Assembly (NCBI GenBank): GCA_958009085.1
Contig: OY253672.1
Span: 806,001-870,000 of the forward strand
Origin: Protoeuglena noctilucae
Lineage: Eukaryota
Length of the DNA: 64,000 nt
Direction of reading: 5' to 3'
Below the pieces are notes generated by a model. That model ran no database searches. It was not told the origin of the DNA and saw nothing but the letters and a program-made list of their open reading frames with translations. A program made the translations under genes and the position numbers. Shown piece by piece: positions 1 through 11,828 of the stretch; positions within the stretch are counted from its first letter, which is position 1; every line of letters starts with the position of its first letter.

Positions 1-630
1 GGTTTCAGCTGAACAGCCTGCGAGACAACAACAACCCGTACGTCGACGCAGGTAAGCTGAAGCGCTCGCGCGCAGGGGCAGGGCTCCTCGCTTGATTCCG
101 ACGCCGTTGCTCCACGCTATCCGCAGGCATCGAGGGCCTCTACAGTTTCGCTGAGATGGACCCATTCGAGAGGAGCACGTACTTTGGGTGAGAATGCACG
201 GCAACCGGGGCCGACGCAGTTTGTGCGTGGCGAGGGTGGTCCGACGGTGCTCTCTGGACTCTTCCTGTCTTAGGAAGAACCTGGACCTGGGGCAGTTCGA
301 GCGGTTTCGGCGAGTCCTGCACACGCCGCCATACCGGACGTTGCTCGGGTGGACGAAGCTGGATGTCCTCTCGACCCTCGCGCCGACCGAGCGAGACGTC
401 TTCCGCCGCTTCCAAGTCGAGGTGCCACGGGGTCCCTTTTTCGAGCTTTTGGGGTGGCCTGTAGCGAGATGCAGGGCACGATGCTATCCCTGGCACCCTG
501 CATGCAGGGCACACATGTTTTCCTCATGCACCAGCGGCAGCGGCTGGGAGGGCAGCGGGACGGGTATTGGTTTACCGTGAGTCTGCAGGTGGAGGCGCCG
601 GGGTTCGACGTGGGCGGGCTCGCGCTCTGA
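1..630 (+). CDS. 3' part of a conserved green-lineage protein of unknown function (partial, spliced)
   Basis: Spliced exons read LNSLRDNNNPYVDAG/IEGLYSFAEMDPFERSTYFG/KNLDLGQFERFRRVLH.../GTHVFLMHQRQRLGGQRDGYWFTVSL...*. Resembles, from memory, an uncharacterised plant protein with LDLGQFERFRR and GG.WDGYW motifs. GT-AG introns. Confidence 0.6.
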
Positions 631-1339
631 GGCCGTCTGGCCAGTGAGACGGCCCACAAAGTCGCCGCCCCACCGGCCGCCCAGCGACGCGATGACGTCG
701 CGATCGCACCCATCGCGTCCTTGTCGTTTTGGTGATAAGTCTTTGCAATTTCGCGGGGGTTATACGTCGCAGTTGGGGGGAGGCCGCACCTGGTGCTGCT
801 GGGGACGCGCGCTGACGATTCTTCGCGCGGACTTCAATCAGTGCATGGCTCTTCGCATTCTTGGCGTCGTGCCCGGCCGCACCCTCGGCTCGCATGCCAC
901 AGGACGAACACCGGAGCTTCGTAGCCAGCGCTGCCCCACCAGGTGCGTCGCCGGCCTCTTTGCGCGAAGCAGATTGTTGCTGTCACAATGCCGCCGGGGG
1001 GGGGAAGCCGCCGTCGCGGCCCGCGCCTCCCCTTGGGGGGCGCTGCCCCGGTACCGGTGGGGGGCCCGTCCTCGCTCTTCGCGGGCCCTCCCCTTTCCAT
1101 ATCCGAGTAAATGCGATTGTGTCTTTCCTCGCACGAGGACGCAACGCGACGGCTGCCCGCTGCGCCAGGCCGCGCGGACATCTCCCCGACCAGGCCCCCC
1201 ACGATTTGCGAGCGTCGCGGTGATCGCGGCGGGCGAGCCATGCAAGAATGTCCACGATTTGCGTCGTCGCATCGCAGGGATGTCCTCTCCGCGCTCTTCG
1301 GCGCCCGCGTCGGCCGGCGTGCTGGTGCCCCCTCCCCTG

Positions 1340-4300
1340 ATGGCGCGCCTCGGCGGCGGCGACGGCGGCAGGTACGCGGCGTTTGGCGCGCACATATCCA
1401 TTGTTGCAGAAGTGGCATCATACAGACGCCCGCGCCGGCCCTGGCGACGTCCGCGCGAGGCGGTTGCCACGCGGATCGATCACATGCTGCGCGGGTCCCC
1501 CGGCCTGCGAGTCGCCCCGCGCCAGCGACAGCTTGGTTCCTGCGCATCACGTCCATCGCACCGTGCGCCACGTAGATGTCGGCACCGTGAACCCCAGCGC
1601 GCGGGCGAAGGCGCAAACTGGACCGTGCCCGTATGTGCAGGCTCCCGTCACAACCCGCCGGCTTGCCAGCTGGGCCCAACGAGCGCCATTCGCTGGCGTC
1701 GAACGGTCGTGGTCCTGCTAGCTACGCCGATGGCGGCGACTGCGACAGCATCTGGGCAGACATCGTGGAGGCGTCGCAAAAAGCCACGTCAGAGGAGCGC
1801 CTTGGCCCGGGAGCCCAGGAGGCCTTGCTCCGGCGGTGCGACGAGATCCAAGAACGCCTCGTGTGCCTGGGGAGCGCCGTCGGAGTCGCGGGGCCATCCG
1901 GGGCGACATCGGGGACGTGAGAGCGCCTTCGTGCGTACCAGTAGACGAGCCTCAGGTCGCGTTGGAGCTTGGTATGCCACGCCGCCGATCCCGCCACTTG
2001 CAGGACGGACGGCCAGACCAGGACGCAGGTGCTCTTCCTCGTGGGCGCTCTCTCGGAGCTCTACCTTCGTGCCCACGAGCGACACGCAACGCACGAGACG
2101 TGGAAGCCCCCAGACACCTTCATGCGCCGCACCACCAAGGTGCGTCCCCAGCGAGGCGTGCTCAGCGTTAACCTGCCATGCTGCTCGCCTGGGATGTCAG
2201 TGGAGTGCCAGTGGCGTGCCGCCTTAGCTGGCTGTGATCCGATCCCCCCAACCACCGCGCAGCTGTGGGTCCGCCCCGAGCGCGCCGTCGAGGTCATGTG
2301 CGCGATCGGCAAGCACCTGCCCGTGCTGGTCTTCGGCCACCGCCAGGGCTCAGCCCTCCTACCGCCCCACCCGCTGCCGAGTGGCCCCGGCCGCTGCCCG
2401 AGCACCCCCGACCCGTCCTCTATCGTCCAGTCCGTCTACCTCGACTCCCCTGGCATGCACGCCTACACTGACCGCCTCTTCCGCCGCCACAATGCTTCGG
2501 TGCTTCGTATCCGATGGTACGGCGACCACGTGCCAGGGCCTGAGTCCCAGGTGACAGTCCTGGGAGGTAGCAGACGCTGTCGTTGCGCGCCGGAGCGATC
2601 CGCACATTGCGCAGCATTGGACAACATTGCGCTGTCTGCACGTGGAACAGCATAGGACAACGCCGCCATGTTTGACAGACCTGTGCAGCATCTTAGCCTA
2701 AGTAAACGTGATTGATGGTCCGGCGTGGTCCCAGGTGTTCTTGGAGCGCAAGGTGCACCGGGAGGGCTGGACGGGCGAGATGAGCGTCAAGGAGCGGTGC
2801 AGCTGCCCCGCGGCGGACGCGGCGGCCCTCGCTGCCCTGGCCAGCAAGGCTGAGGCCGACCAGGCAGCCGTGATCAAGGGCATCGCGGCAAGGGGAGGGA
2901 ACCCGGACCTGGCGGCTGCCATCGCGGAGGAGGTGGCCCGGGCGGGCCAGGCGCCCGTCCTGCGGTGTGTGGGTGGCGGCTGCCTGCGTGTGCTGCTCCC
3001 GCGCATGCCTCGCTCTGTGCGCCAGCCTCTGGCAGGCACCAGCAACGGCCAGCGGCCGACTGACTGCCCGGCACTGGCGTGTCACTGAGCCTTGCGAATG
3101 TGAGCTGGCACTGCGCGACTGGCCCTAGCAACCTCGCCACTCGCAGGACGACGTACCGGCGGATGGCCTTCCAGCGTGCCTCTGGCAACAGCATCCGAGT
3201 GTCGCTGGACTTGGACCTGACCATGCAGCGCGAAGTGGACGGCGCGGCCGGGGCAATGCAGCCGACCCACGCGCAGCAGACGGTGGCGAACGGGGCGGTT
3301 GCTGGTCCCGCGCCCCCCGTCGACTTCCCCTACATCGTCATGGAGGTCAAGCTGCAGAGCGAGCCGCCCGCGTGGCTCCTGGACCTCGTGCAGTGGGACG
3401 CTGTGGTCCTTGCACCGAAGTTCTCCAAGGTGCCACTGCCGTGGGGTTGTGTTGCCGTGTTGCCTTGTGGCCGCATGACCACACCATGTTGCCATAACCA
3501 CACCGTCCTGTCTTGTGGCCACATTGTCGTGTTGCCCTGCTGCCTTAGTAACACCAGAAGCAATGCGCGCCTCCACGGGGCCAGCTGGGTTGCACGGTTA
3601 GCGCAGTGTGCGAAGCTTGGCAAGCGATGGAGCCGCGTCACCACCCGGTGTCGGTCACACGCAGTTCCTGCACGGGGCGGCAATGCTCTTCTCGGAGCGG
3701 GTGGAGCGGACGCCCGACTGGGTGGCGGCGGACGCGCAAGGGGCGCTGCGGGGGCTGACCTTTGAGGAGATGGCGGCAGCACACGACTCGGGGCAGGCGG
3801 CGTGGGCGCTGGCCAACAGCATCGCGCCCGGGGAGGCGGTGGCGACGCGGCTGGCCCTCGTGCCGCTCGCGGCGAAGGTGGGGTGACGCGCAGGCGATGG
3901 CGGTGGGCAGGCAGGTAGATGTTATGCCGCCCTTGGCCTGGCTTGGACCGTGCTGGCGCGGCGCTGGTGGCGATGCAATGATGTTGCAGTGGCGTGGTAG
4001 CTGCTGATGCGCATTGAGCAGACTGGGATGCTCGGTCCATAACACGCGTCGTCTTGCGACACCAAGTGCAGGGCCCTGCCTCGTGTGGGGCGTCGAGGAC
4101 CCTGCCTCGTGTCATCCAATCGTCCGAGGACGTCGCAGAAGAGAGCCACGAGCTCTTATCGACGTCACAGGGCCAGGTGAGCGCTGCGCGCAAGGCGACG
4201 CTTGCCGCATTCCAACAACTCAGCCCGGGACATGGGGATGGGTGCGGGTGGCAGCCGAGGTGGTGGGAAGACAGCGAGGAGTATCTAGCAACACTGTTGG

Positions 4301-5889
4301 CCGTCCCCGTGCAACTCAGGGCCGCCGGGTGGGAGAGGCCAGGGTGGGCGGCAAGTGGTCTCCTCAGGACACAACCACAGACGATATGGACACAGAGCAT
4401 CCGAACGGCGACGGCATCGCGTTCCATGAGCAGGTGCCAGGTGGACGGATAACTGCCGGGCTGACCACGCGTGCCGCTGCCGTCGATGTCGCACGCATGG
4501 GCGACGCAATGCACGCCCCCTGCTCCCGGCGGTCTCGTCTTCGCCGCGCATTGCTCAGTGCGTTGGCAATCGATCGCTTGACCCGCACTCGCAGCATGCG
4601 ACGAAGGCCGCTGCCCGTCCCGGCCTCGCCCGGCGCGTGTGGATGGGCGTCAAGGCGCGGGCGCTGCGCGTGAGGGGCGGGTGGCACCGGCAGAAGAGCC
4701 TCGCGGAGGTCGACTTGGAGTCGGGCAGCCGGTGAGCGATCGCAGCGGCGGAGGACTGCCGGCTTCCCTGGCTGCCACACCAACCACTGCATCTAGCGCG
4801 CGCGGGCAAGGTGGTACCTTGCCCAGCCAACTCCTCAGGGTCGGGTGGACCTCAACTAGCATCGCAGATGCCAGCTGTTTAAACGCCAATTCCTTGCATG
4901 CTGCAAACCCTGCTCTTGCTCTCCCACCTCAGACCCATCCCAGCCAAACGCACCCCACCCCGGCCGGTCGTGCGCACGCGCGTCGAGCCAAAGACCTTCT
5001 TCGCCAACGAGCGCACCTTCCTGTCCTGGCTTAGGTGAGAGCGAGGGGCAGTTTGCTTGCAGGAGCCGGGCAAGCACAGGCAGTGTATGGCGAAGGGCAA
5101 CAACCTTGGGCGCAAAGCACTTCCATATCTGCCCTCGTGGCGGTACCCTCCCCGGCCGCCTTGCCACCTCTTCACCCTGGATGGCCCCCACGCCGCCATC
5201 CACCGCCCCTCCACCCCATGCCGCAGCACCTGGGTGCTCGCCATGTTCACCTCCATGCTCACCTGCCTCTCTCTCCACCCCCGCAGCATCTCGGTCCTGG
5301 TCATGTTCACCTCCCTGTCCCTCATCGCGGGCAGCCTCCAGATGTCCGAGGGAGGCACCGTCAAGGCGTCCTCGTGCGGGAGCAGGCTCTCGTGCCTGGG
5401 GGGCAAGGTGACGGTGCTGCAAGGGTAGCATTCGTGCCTGGGCGTGCCTGGGCAAGGTGACGGTGCTGCAATGATAGCCACAGTGCACGCAGCACTGGTG
5501 GTGACACTGCGACGTCCAGCGCTGCTACCCAGCCACCCTTGGCTGAGCTTCAGCAGACTGCCCCTGGCCCTTCTCTACCGCAGGTGGCTGGCGTCGTCAT
5601 CGCCCCTGTCGCCATCCTCTTCATGATGTTCTCATTGAGGACCTATCGCCGCCGCACGGCACTCATCATCGCTAGGGAGGACATCCGCTACGACGACCAG
5701 CAGGTGAGAGAGCTGGTGATATGGGTGAGGCCCAGTATGAATGTTGGAGATAACAAAGCTGGGCTGAGGAAGAGGCATCTTCCGCTCTCGCAGGGCCCGT
5801 TGATATTGACCGTGACTTTGGTGTTGGCCATGATCACCGCGCTCGTCCTGACCCTGGCGAGCAACTTCGGCCAGGTCACGGGCCTCTGA
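1340..5889 (+). CDS. VTC4: Vacuolar transporter chaperone, Vtc4-like polyphosphate polymerase (VTC domain plus C-terminal DUF202 TM region); multi-exon, start uncertain
   Basis: Motifs F.RRTTK/LWV, SVYLDS, LRIRWYG, FLERKVHRE, SVKER, TYRRMAFQ, RVSLD, MEVKLQ, PKFSK/FLHG, RVEPKTFFANERTFLSWL, then three hydrophobic helices and RYDDQ.GP. Confidence 0.85.
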
Positions 5890-6331
5890 GGCGGCAGGGC
5901 GATGGGGTGTGACGGGCCGCACGGCGAGGGTGGCAGACACGCGGGCGAGGGGAGCGACGAACCGAGGCGGCTTAAGCGACCGGGGCAGCTCTCGGAGGGC
6001 GGCGGCTGCGCGCTGTGACGGCCGCGTGCGCTGCGGTAGCTCATGGGTCCGTGTCACAGGGCAGAGAGGAACGCTTTGTGAGTTCTGAGGACGCGCGAAC
6101 GTGGATGTTCGGCCGCCACGCGCTGTTCCGCTCAGCCCGTCCAACGCATCGCCCAGCAGGGGCGCGTCGCAGCAGCGACGTTGCGTGCGATTCGGGCGCG
6201 ACTGTTTGAATGACCACGTCCCCACTCTCCACCCATTCATCACACCCCACGACCACCGCAAGCAGCTCCTCTGGTTCCTCCTTCAACCACCACTGCTATC
6301 GCACCCTCAGCTCCCACATCCTCGGGCCGAC

Positions 6332-9276
6332 TCAGCCCATCGTGTATGACGCGTGGTTGAGGTTGATGACCGTGGACTTGATCCTGGTCATGAGCTCGAT
6401 CGAGTTGGGGATGCCCTGGGAGCCGATGCCAGAGTCGCGGAAGCCCTGGAAGGGGAAGTGGTCGGGGCCGCGCGCCGGCGCCGCGTTGACCTGGACCGTC
6501 CCCGTCTCCATGGCGTCAGACAGGCGGATGGCCTGCGAGAGAGAGGAGCAGAAACGGTGCAGGGGAGGGGCAGGGGAGGTGCAGGAGCGGCGCAGCCTTG
6601 CGCGGATGGGCTGGAGCGCGAGCCAGGGAGGGCGTGGTGCATGTGCTGTGCCTCTGGACCGCCTCTGTGCCCGTGCTGCTCCGTCCATACTCTGACATTG
6701 CCCATGCAGCTCCACCTGTGCCACCCGCCATCACCCAAGCACCCCCGGCCCTCACCTCGTCCATGCCCATGCACCTCTATTTGTACCTCTCGCCATCACC
6801 CAAGCACCCCCGGCCCTCACCTCGTCCATGCCCATGCACCTCCATTTGTACCTCTCGCCATCACCCAAGCACCCCCGGCCCTCACCTCGTCCATGTCCTT
6901 CGTGAAGACGCACCCCTGGAGCGCGAGGCGGTTCTCGTTGCAGTGCCGCACGCCCTCGTCCATGCTCGCGACGCGCACGATGGGCAGGACGGGGCCGAAC
7001 GGCTCCTCCCACGCCAGCCGCATGTCCCGGGTCACCCGGTCCACCACCAACGGGTGAATCAGGTTCTTGTCCCGCTTCCACTCCTGGCACAGCACGGCGC
7101 CCTTGTCCCGCGCGTCCTCCACCAGGCCCTGGATGAAGTCCGCAGAGCCCTTCGAGATGACCGCCGTGACGTTTGCGTCGTCCTCCGGGCGCCCCACTGT
7201 CAGCTTGGCCACCCCGGCGTTGACCTTGGCCACCAGCGCATCCGCGACCGACTCGTGCACCAGCACCACCTTGACGGCCGTGCACCGCTGGCCCGAGTAG
7301 GAGAAGGCGCCCTTGACGATGTGAGAGGCCGCGTGGTCGATGTCGGCGTCGGGGCACACCAGGCAAGCGTCCTTGCCGCCCAGCTCCATCTGCAGCGGCA
7401 CCATGGCCGCCTTCTTCGCAATAGAGATGCCTGCGGGCGAGGGGAAGGCCGGCAGCGGCGTCGCGGTCCCATGCAGAGCGACGCTGCCATGTCTGTCGCC
7501 ACGCACACCCACACACTGGCGGGGTGCGCTGGCAGCAGGTGCATGGCTGAGGGTGCGCGACTGTCACATGCGCTGGGTGCAGGGTGCGCAGCGTGTCAGA
7601 TGCGCATGCTGTCCCGCTGCGCCCGTCACCCGTGTCGCCGCCCGTGAAGGAGATGGCGTTGGCCATCGGGTGCTGCGTCAGGTAGTCCCCGATCTCGGAC
7701 CCCTTGCCCGTGGCGACCTGCAGGAGGCCCTTGGGGATCCCCGCGGCGTGGAAGCAGTGCACCATGTGGAGGCCGGCCACGGCACCCTGGGTGGGGGGCT
7801 TGAGCACCACCGCGTTGCCGGCGATGAGGGCGGGACCGATCTTGGACACCGCGAGGTTGACGGGGTAGTTGAAGGGCGGGATGCAGAGGACCACGCCGAG
7901 GGGCACGCGCTGTACCAGGGCCAGCTGCGGGCATGGGGCAGAGCAGGCGGTGAGGTGCGATGCGCGTGTGGGCGTGCGTTCCGGATACAGTCCACTGGAC
8001 TCAACAATCCATTGAAAACACTCGGAACGCATCGGCTGCAAGGCAAGGCATCCGCAGCAGTGTCCCGGGACAGCCCAGGTGGCACACGGACCTTGTTACG
8101 GGCGTGGCCGGTGAAGGCGTCCGACGTGAGGAGCTTGCCCTCGGAAAGCTTGCGGATGCCCTCCTCGGCGCAGAAGTCCAGGAGGTCGGCGGAGCGGAGG
8201 ACCTCGGCCTTGGAGTCCTGTGGGAGGTGAAGGAAGAGAGGTGGGCTGGCCAGGGGTCACCACAATGAGGACGCACAACATGAGGCGATGTGATGGTGGG
8301 CAGGGGGCGTGTCATGCGGTGAGAGGGCAACGCCGCGCGTGCGGGAAGCGGGCGCCGCACCTTGGCTGGCTTGGCCACTTCCTTGACGAGGCACTCGGCC
8401 ATGCCCGCCCAGTTGTCCCGCATGACCTGTGCGGCACGCTTGATCAGCTCCGCCCGCTGCCACAGGGGCGTCCGGGCCCAGTCCTTCTGCGAATCAAGAC
8501 GCGGATCACGGGCACGGCTGAGGACATGCAAGGGGCTCAGTGAAGAATTCTGCTACAGCAGAACGCCCATGGCAAGCCTCAAGACGCCCACCTGGGCGGC
8601 GCGAGCTCCCTCGAAGCAAGCGTCCACCTCCGCCTGCGTGCAGGCCTGGACGTCATACTGCGGGCACCAGAACAGACGGGGAGCGGTGGGCGGTGCACAG
8701 CCCCAGGCACAGCAGGCGACTCGCGGGGGGAGCGCAGCCGCTGGCCGACGCGCCTGCCGGCTGTCCGTGGAGGGGTTGTTGATCGGGCAGGTCTTGCCGG
8801 ACGACGACTCTTTCCACTCCCCGTTGACGTAGTACCTGCGCGAGTGTGGGTGAAGGCCGTGCGACTGACGGTGGTGCCGCTCGCGCAGCCCAGGCGCCCA
8901 GGAGGGGTGCGCGGGAAAGGATCTGCTCGCCCCCCCAGTTCACAGAACTGTTAGAGAATTCATCGATGATGCGGGGGGATGGGACAGAGGCCATGGGACC
9001 TCGTTGCGTCCGGCTAGGAGGGAGGGCTCGGAACCCGCCGCATCCGCGATGCGATGCTCGCTCCCAAACCCTCGCGCGCACCGAGCACACCGGAAAGGAG
9101 CCTCAGGACCTAACGCGACCGCAGGACAACGACGCGCCCGCTGGAATCGCGCGGACGACGGGGTAGGGCAGGTGGGGAGCCAGCCGCTCGTCGAATCCGG
9201 TCGAGGCGGCGCGCGGAGGCGCAGCTCACTTGTACGCCCCGCTCGACGTCCGGATTTCCTCGTAGAAGCCCGTCAT
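6332..9276 (-). CDS. GAPN: Non-phosphorylating NADP-dependent glyceraldehyde-3-phosphate dehydrogenase (ALDH11)
   Basis: MTGFYEEI...YK/YYVNGEWKESSSGK, IPPFNYPVNLAVSKIGPALIAGN, LKPPTQG, FTGG, MELGGKD, SYSGQRCTAVK, EEPFGP, ARGPDHFPFQGFRDSGIGSQG. Confidence 0.95.
6700..6895. repeat. 65-bp tandem repeat (about 3 copies) spanning a GAPN exon end and splice donor
   Basis: cgccatcacccaagcacccccggccctcacctcgtccatg starts at 6726, 6791 and 6856. Confidence 0.9.
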
Positions 9277-9729
9277 TTTCGTGGTCAGACACCGCGGTGC
9301 GGTACACAGGTTTGATAGCACCGCACGTAGCATTCGAGTGAGAAATTGGCTGGTGGGGTTGCGAGGGAGCCCGCAGTAATCCCAGCAGTCAGGCCCAGTC
9401 GGACCCGTCTGTCAGGGCTGGCGCGAAGTTAGGCATCCACAGATAAAGTGCCAGCATTGTGCAACTATATCGTGTTGACGCGAGAGCTCGTTCATCGGTC
9501 GGCAGGTGCACGCGTTTTTCAGCTCGTTGGCCTCCCCTCCCACTGTCCCCAACGCTCGAACCCTTCCGTCACGGAATTCGCTCGCGTCCGTCTTCCTTGA
9601 GCGGGGCATCCCGGGGGCGATTGGGGAGAGCGCGGGCCGGGGGCGCTGAGCACGGCTGTTTGGCGCGTTTGCGGACGTGCCCGTGGACGCGCTTCCGGCG
9701 GCCTCCATCCCGAGAGCGCACGTGAAACC

Positions 9730-10583
9730 ATGGGGTTCCACTTTGTGCTTCTCCTCTCGCGTCAGGGGAAGGCGAGGATCTGGCCGGGGCGCTGGGCGGG
9801 CGCCTCCCCGTCGGTTGCCCGTCCGAGGCGTCCACGCGCCCGTGGACCGCGCCGTGCGTCCCCCCGCGCGCGCGGGGCACTGCAGAATGCCTGACGTCGC
9901 CAAGGGACGCGTCGTGGCCTCCGCAGGTGCGTCTCGGGAAGTGGTACAGCACGTACAGCCAGAAGGAGCGGGCCAAGATTTCCAAGGAGGTGTTCTCCCT
10001 CATCACGGGCCGCACGAGCAAACAGTGCAACTTCTTGGACTACCGGGACATGAAGCTGGTCTACAGGTGGGAGGGACTACAGCGCTGTCTGTGCTCCCCG
10101 CGGTCCCCCGCCCTGGCCCTGAAAACACTGCGCGCCCTGCCGCGTTTGCAGGAGGTACGCGTCGCTGTACTTCCTGGCTGCGGTGGACGTGGACGATAAC
10201 GAGCTCATCGCGCTGGATACCATCCACCACTTCGTGGAGACGCTCGACAAGTACTTTGGCAACGTGTGTGAGCTGGACCTCATCTTCAACTTCCACAAGT
10301 GAGCGGGTTTCAAGCGAGGGGAAGGTTGCGATTCAGAGCCACGTAGAGGGATTACCAGGGGTCCGGTGCGCTGCGTTGTCCCACCCGGCGTCCATGCGAG
10401 CTGTGTGGACGGGTCCCTCGCAGGGCGTACTACATCCTGGACGAGATCCTCTTGGGCGGCGAGCTCCAGGAGACGAGCAAGCGCGCCGTGCTCCGCACCG
10501 TCGAGCTGCACGACGAGCTGGTCGACCAGGCCAAGCTGGGGCTGCTGAGGGAGGAGGACCAGGACTCGCGCAACATCGCCTGA
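9730..10583 (+). CDS. Clathrin adaptor complex small (sigma) subunit, AP-1 type
   Basis: [29 protein letters not shown]...[10 protein letters not shown]...[42 protein letters not shown]. Confidence 0.93.
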
Positions 10584-10619
10584 TGACCGGCATGGCGCAA
10601 CGTATGTTTGTCTTGAACT

Positions 10620-11610
10620 TCAGGGCTTCTGGCCGGCGTTGGCGTAGCTGATGTAGCCGTTCCACAGCAGCCCGGCCGCGTTGACGAACGCGACGCGGCC
10701 GCTGGGAGGCACTAGCAGAAAGTTGAAGAGGTTAGCCACCGGCCAGTAGAGGCTCCCGGCTACGAAGGCCGGGGCGGCGAACGTGCGGACCTTTTCTGCG
10801 GGGAGGCGGGCTGGCCTGTCGGGTCAGTGCCGGGACTGCGATGGCGATGATGGCTGGGGATGTAATGGGGGATGGCAAGTCGACATCCGGCTGCCCGCAG
10901 CCCTTGACTGCCAGGGCCGCCCCTCGCCGCCCCTCTAACAACCCCATGTACACGGAGAAGGCCAGGATGTAGGTCGGGAAGAGCGTGACCTGCCCCGTCG
11001 CGCTTTTGGCCATCGCACGGATCAACGGGCTGCCACCCGTCGCCACCCGCAACCCGTCCAGCCACTTAAAGCCCCTGCGGCGACGCAAGGGCGGTAGGGT
11101 CTCGCCTTGATGCAAGGGAGCGCCTCTGGCACGCCGGACTACTCCGGGCGGTCTGCTCGCCACGCACCAGAAGAAGAAGGGCCCGTGCAGCGTCAGGCCG
11201 ACGAGCGCGAATCGCGCCGTCCTCTGCCAGTCGACATGCTGCCCTGCCGGCGCCTCCCTCGCCCCATGCGCAAGCATCGCCCCAGCATCCTGGGCCCGGC
11301 GCTCGCTCGGGGCGCGCGATGGCGAGGCGTGCGTGTGCGATGCCGTCCTCTGAAGAAAGCACGGTGACGAAACGAGGGATTGATCGTGCTTGGGCGGACT
11401 ACCTGGGCCGCGCGCGCCACGACAAACGCGCGCCACGCGATGCGGATTGGTCCCAAAAGGCGCCTCCGCTCCCATCCGAGCCCGCCCCTGCGGGCCTTAA
11501 AGGTCACTCGCCTGGGCCTGAATGAGCTGGCACGTCACGTCCCCAGCAGCCATCAAACTGCAGCTCGTCAGCGCGGCCCGCAGGACGGGTCGGAGGGGAG
11601 CGACCCGCAT
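10620..11610 (-). CDS. Mpv17/PMP22 family membrane protein
   Basis: LTSCSLMAAGDVTCQ, DWQRTARFALVGLTLHGPFFFW/GFKWLD, AKSATGQVTLFP, AGSLYWPVANLFNFLLVP, FVNAAGLLWNGYISY. Confidence 0.85.
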
Positions 11611-11828
11611 TTGGGCTGGCCAGACGGAGGCGCGCCTGGTAGACGTAGATGCAACGATGTCCGGCGTCAGATGTGCGCCACCGTCCAGAGAGCCTTGCCC
11701 TGACGTCACGCCAGGAAACGACACGCGTTTCTGAGCCGGTCAGTGACGTCCAATCCCCGCGGCGATCGGCCAGCCACAGTTCCCCAATCCCAAGAGAGTT
11801 CCTCTCGCAGCGCTCCGGCAGCACTCGG

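Noticed and set aside
644..2227. Long Arg/Pro/Ala-rich ORFs such as this 527-aa ORF, and many antisense ORFs throughout
   Set aside because: Expected from very high GC content with few stop codons; the real genes are spliced and these ORFs show no family motifs.
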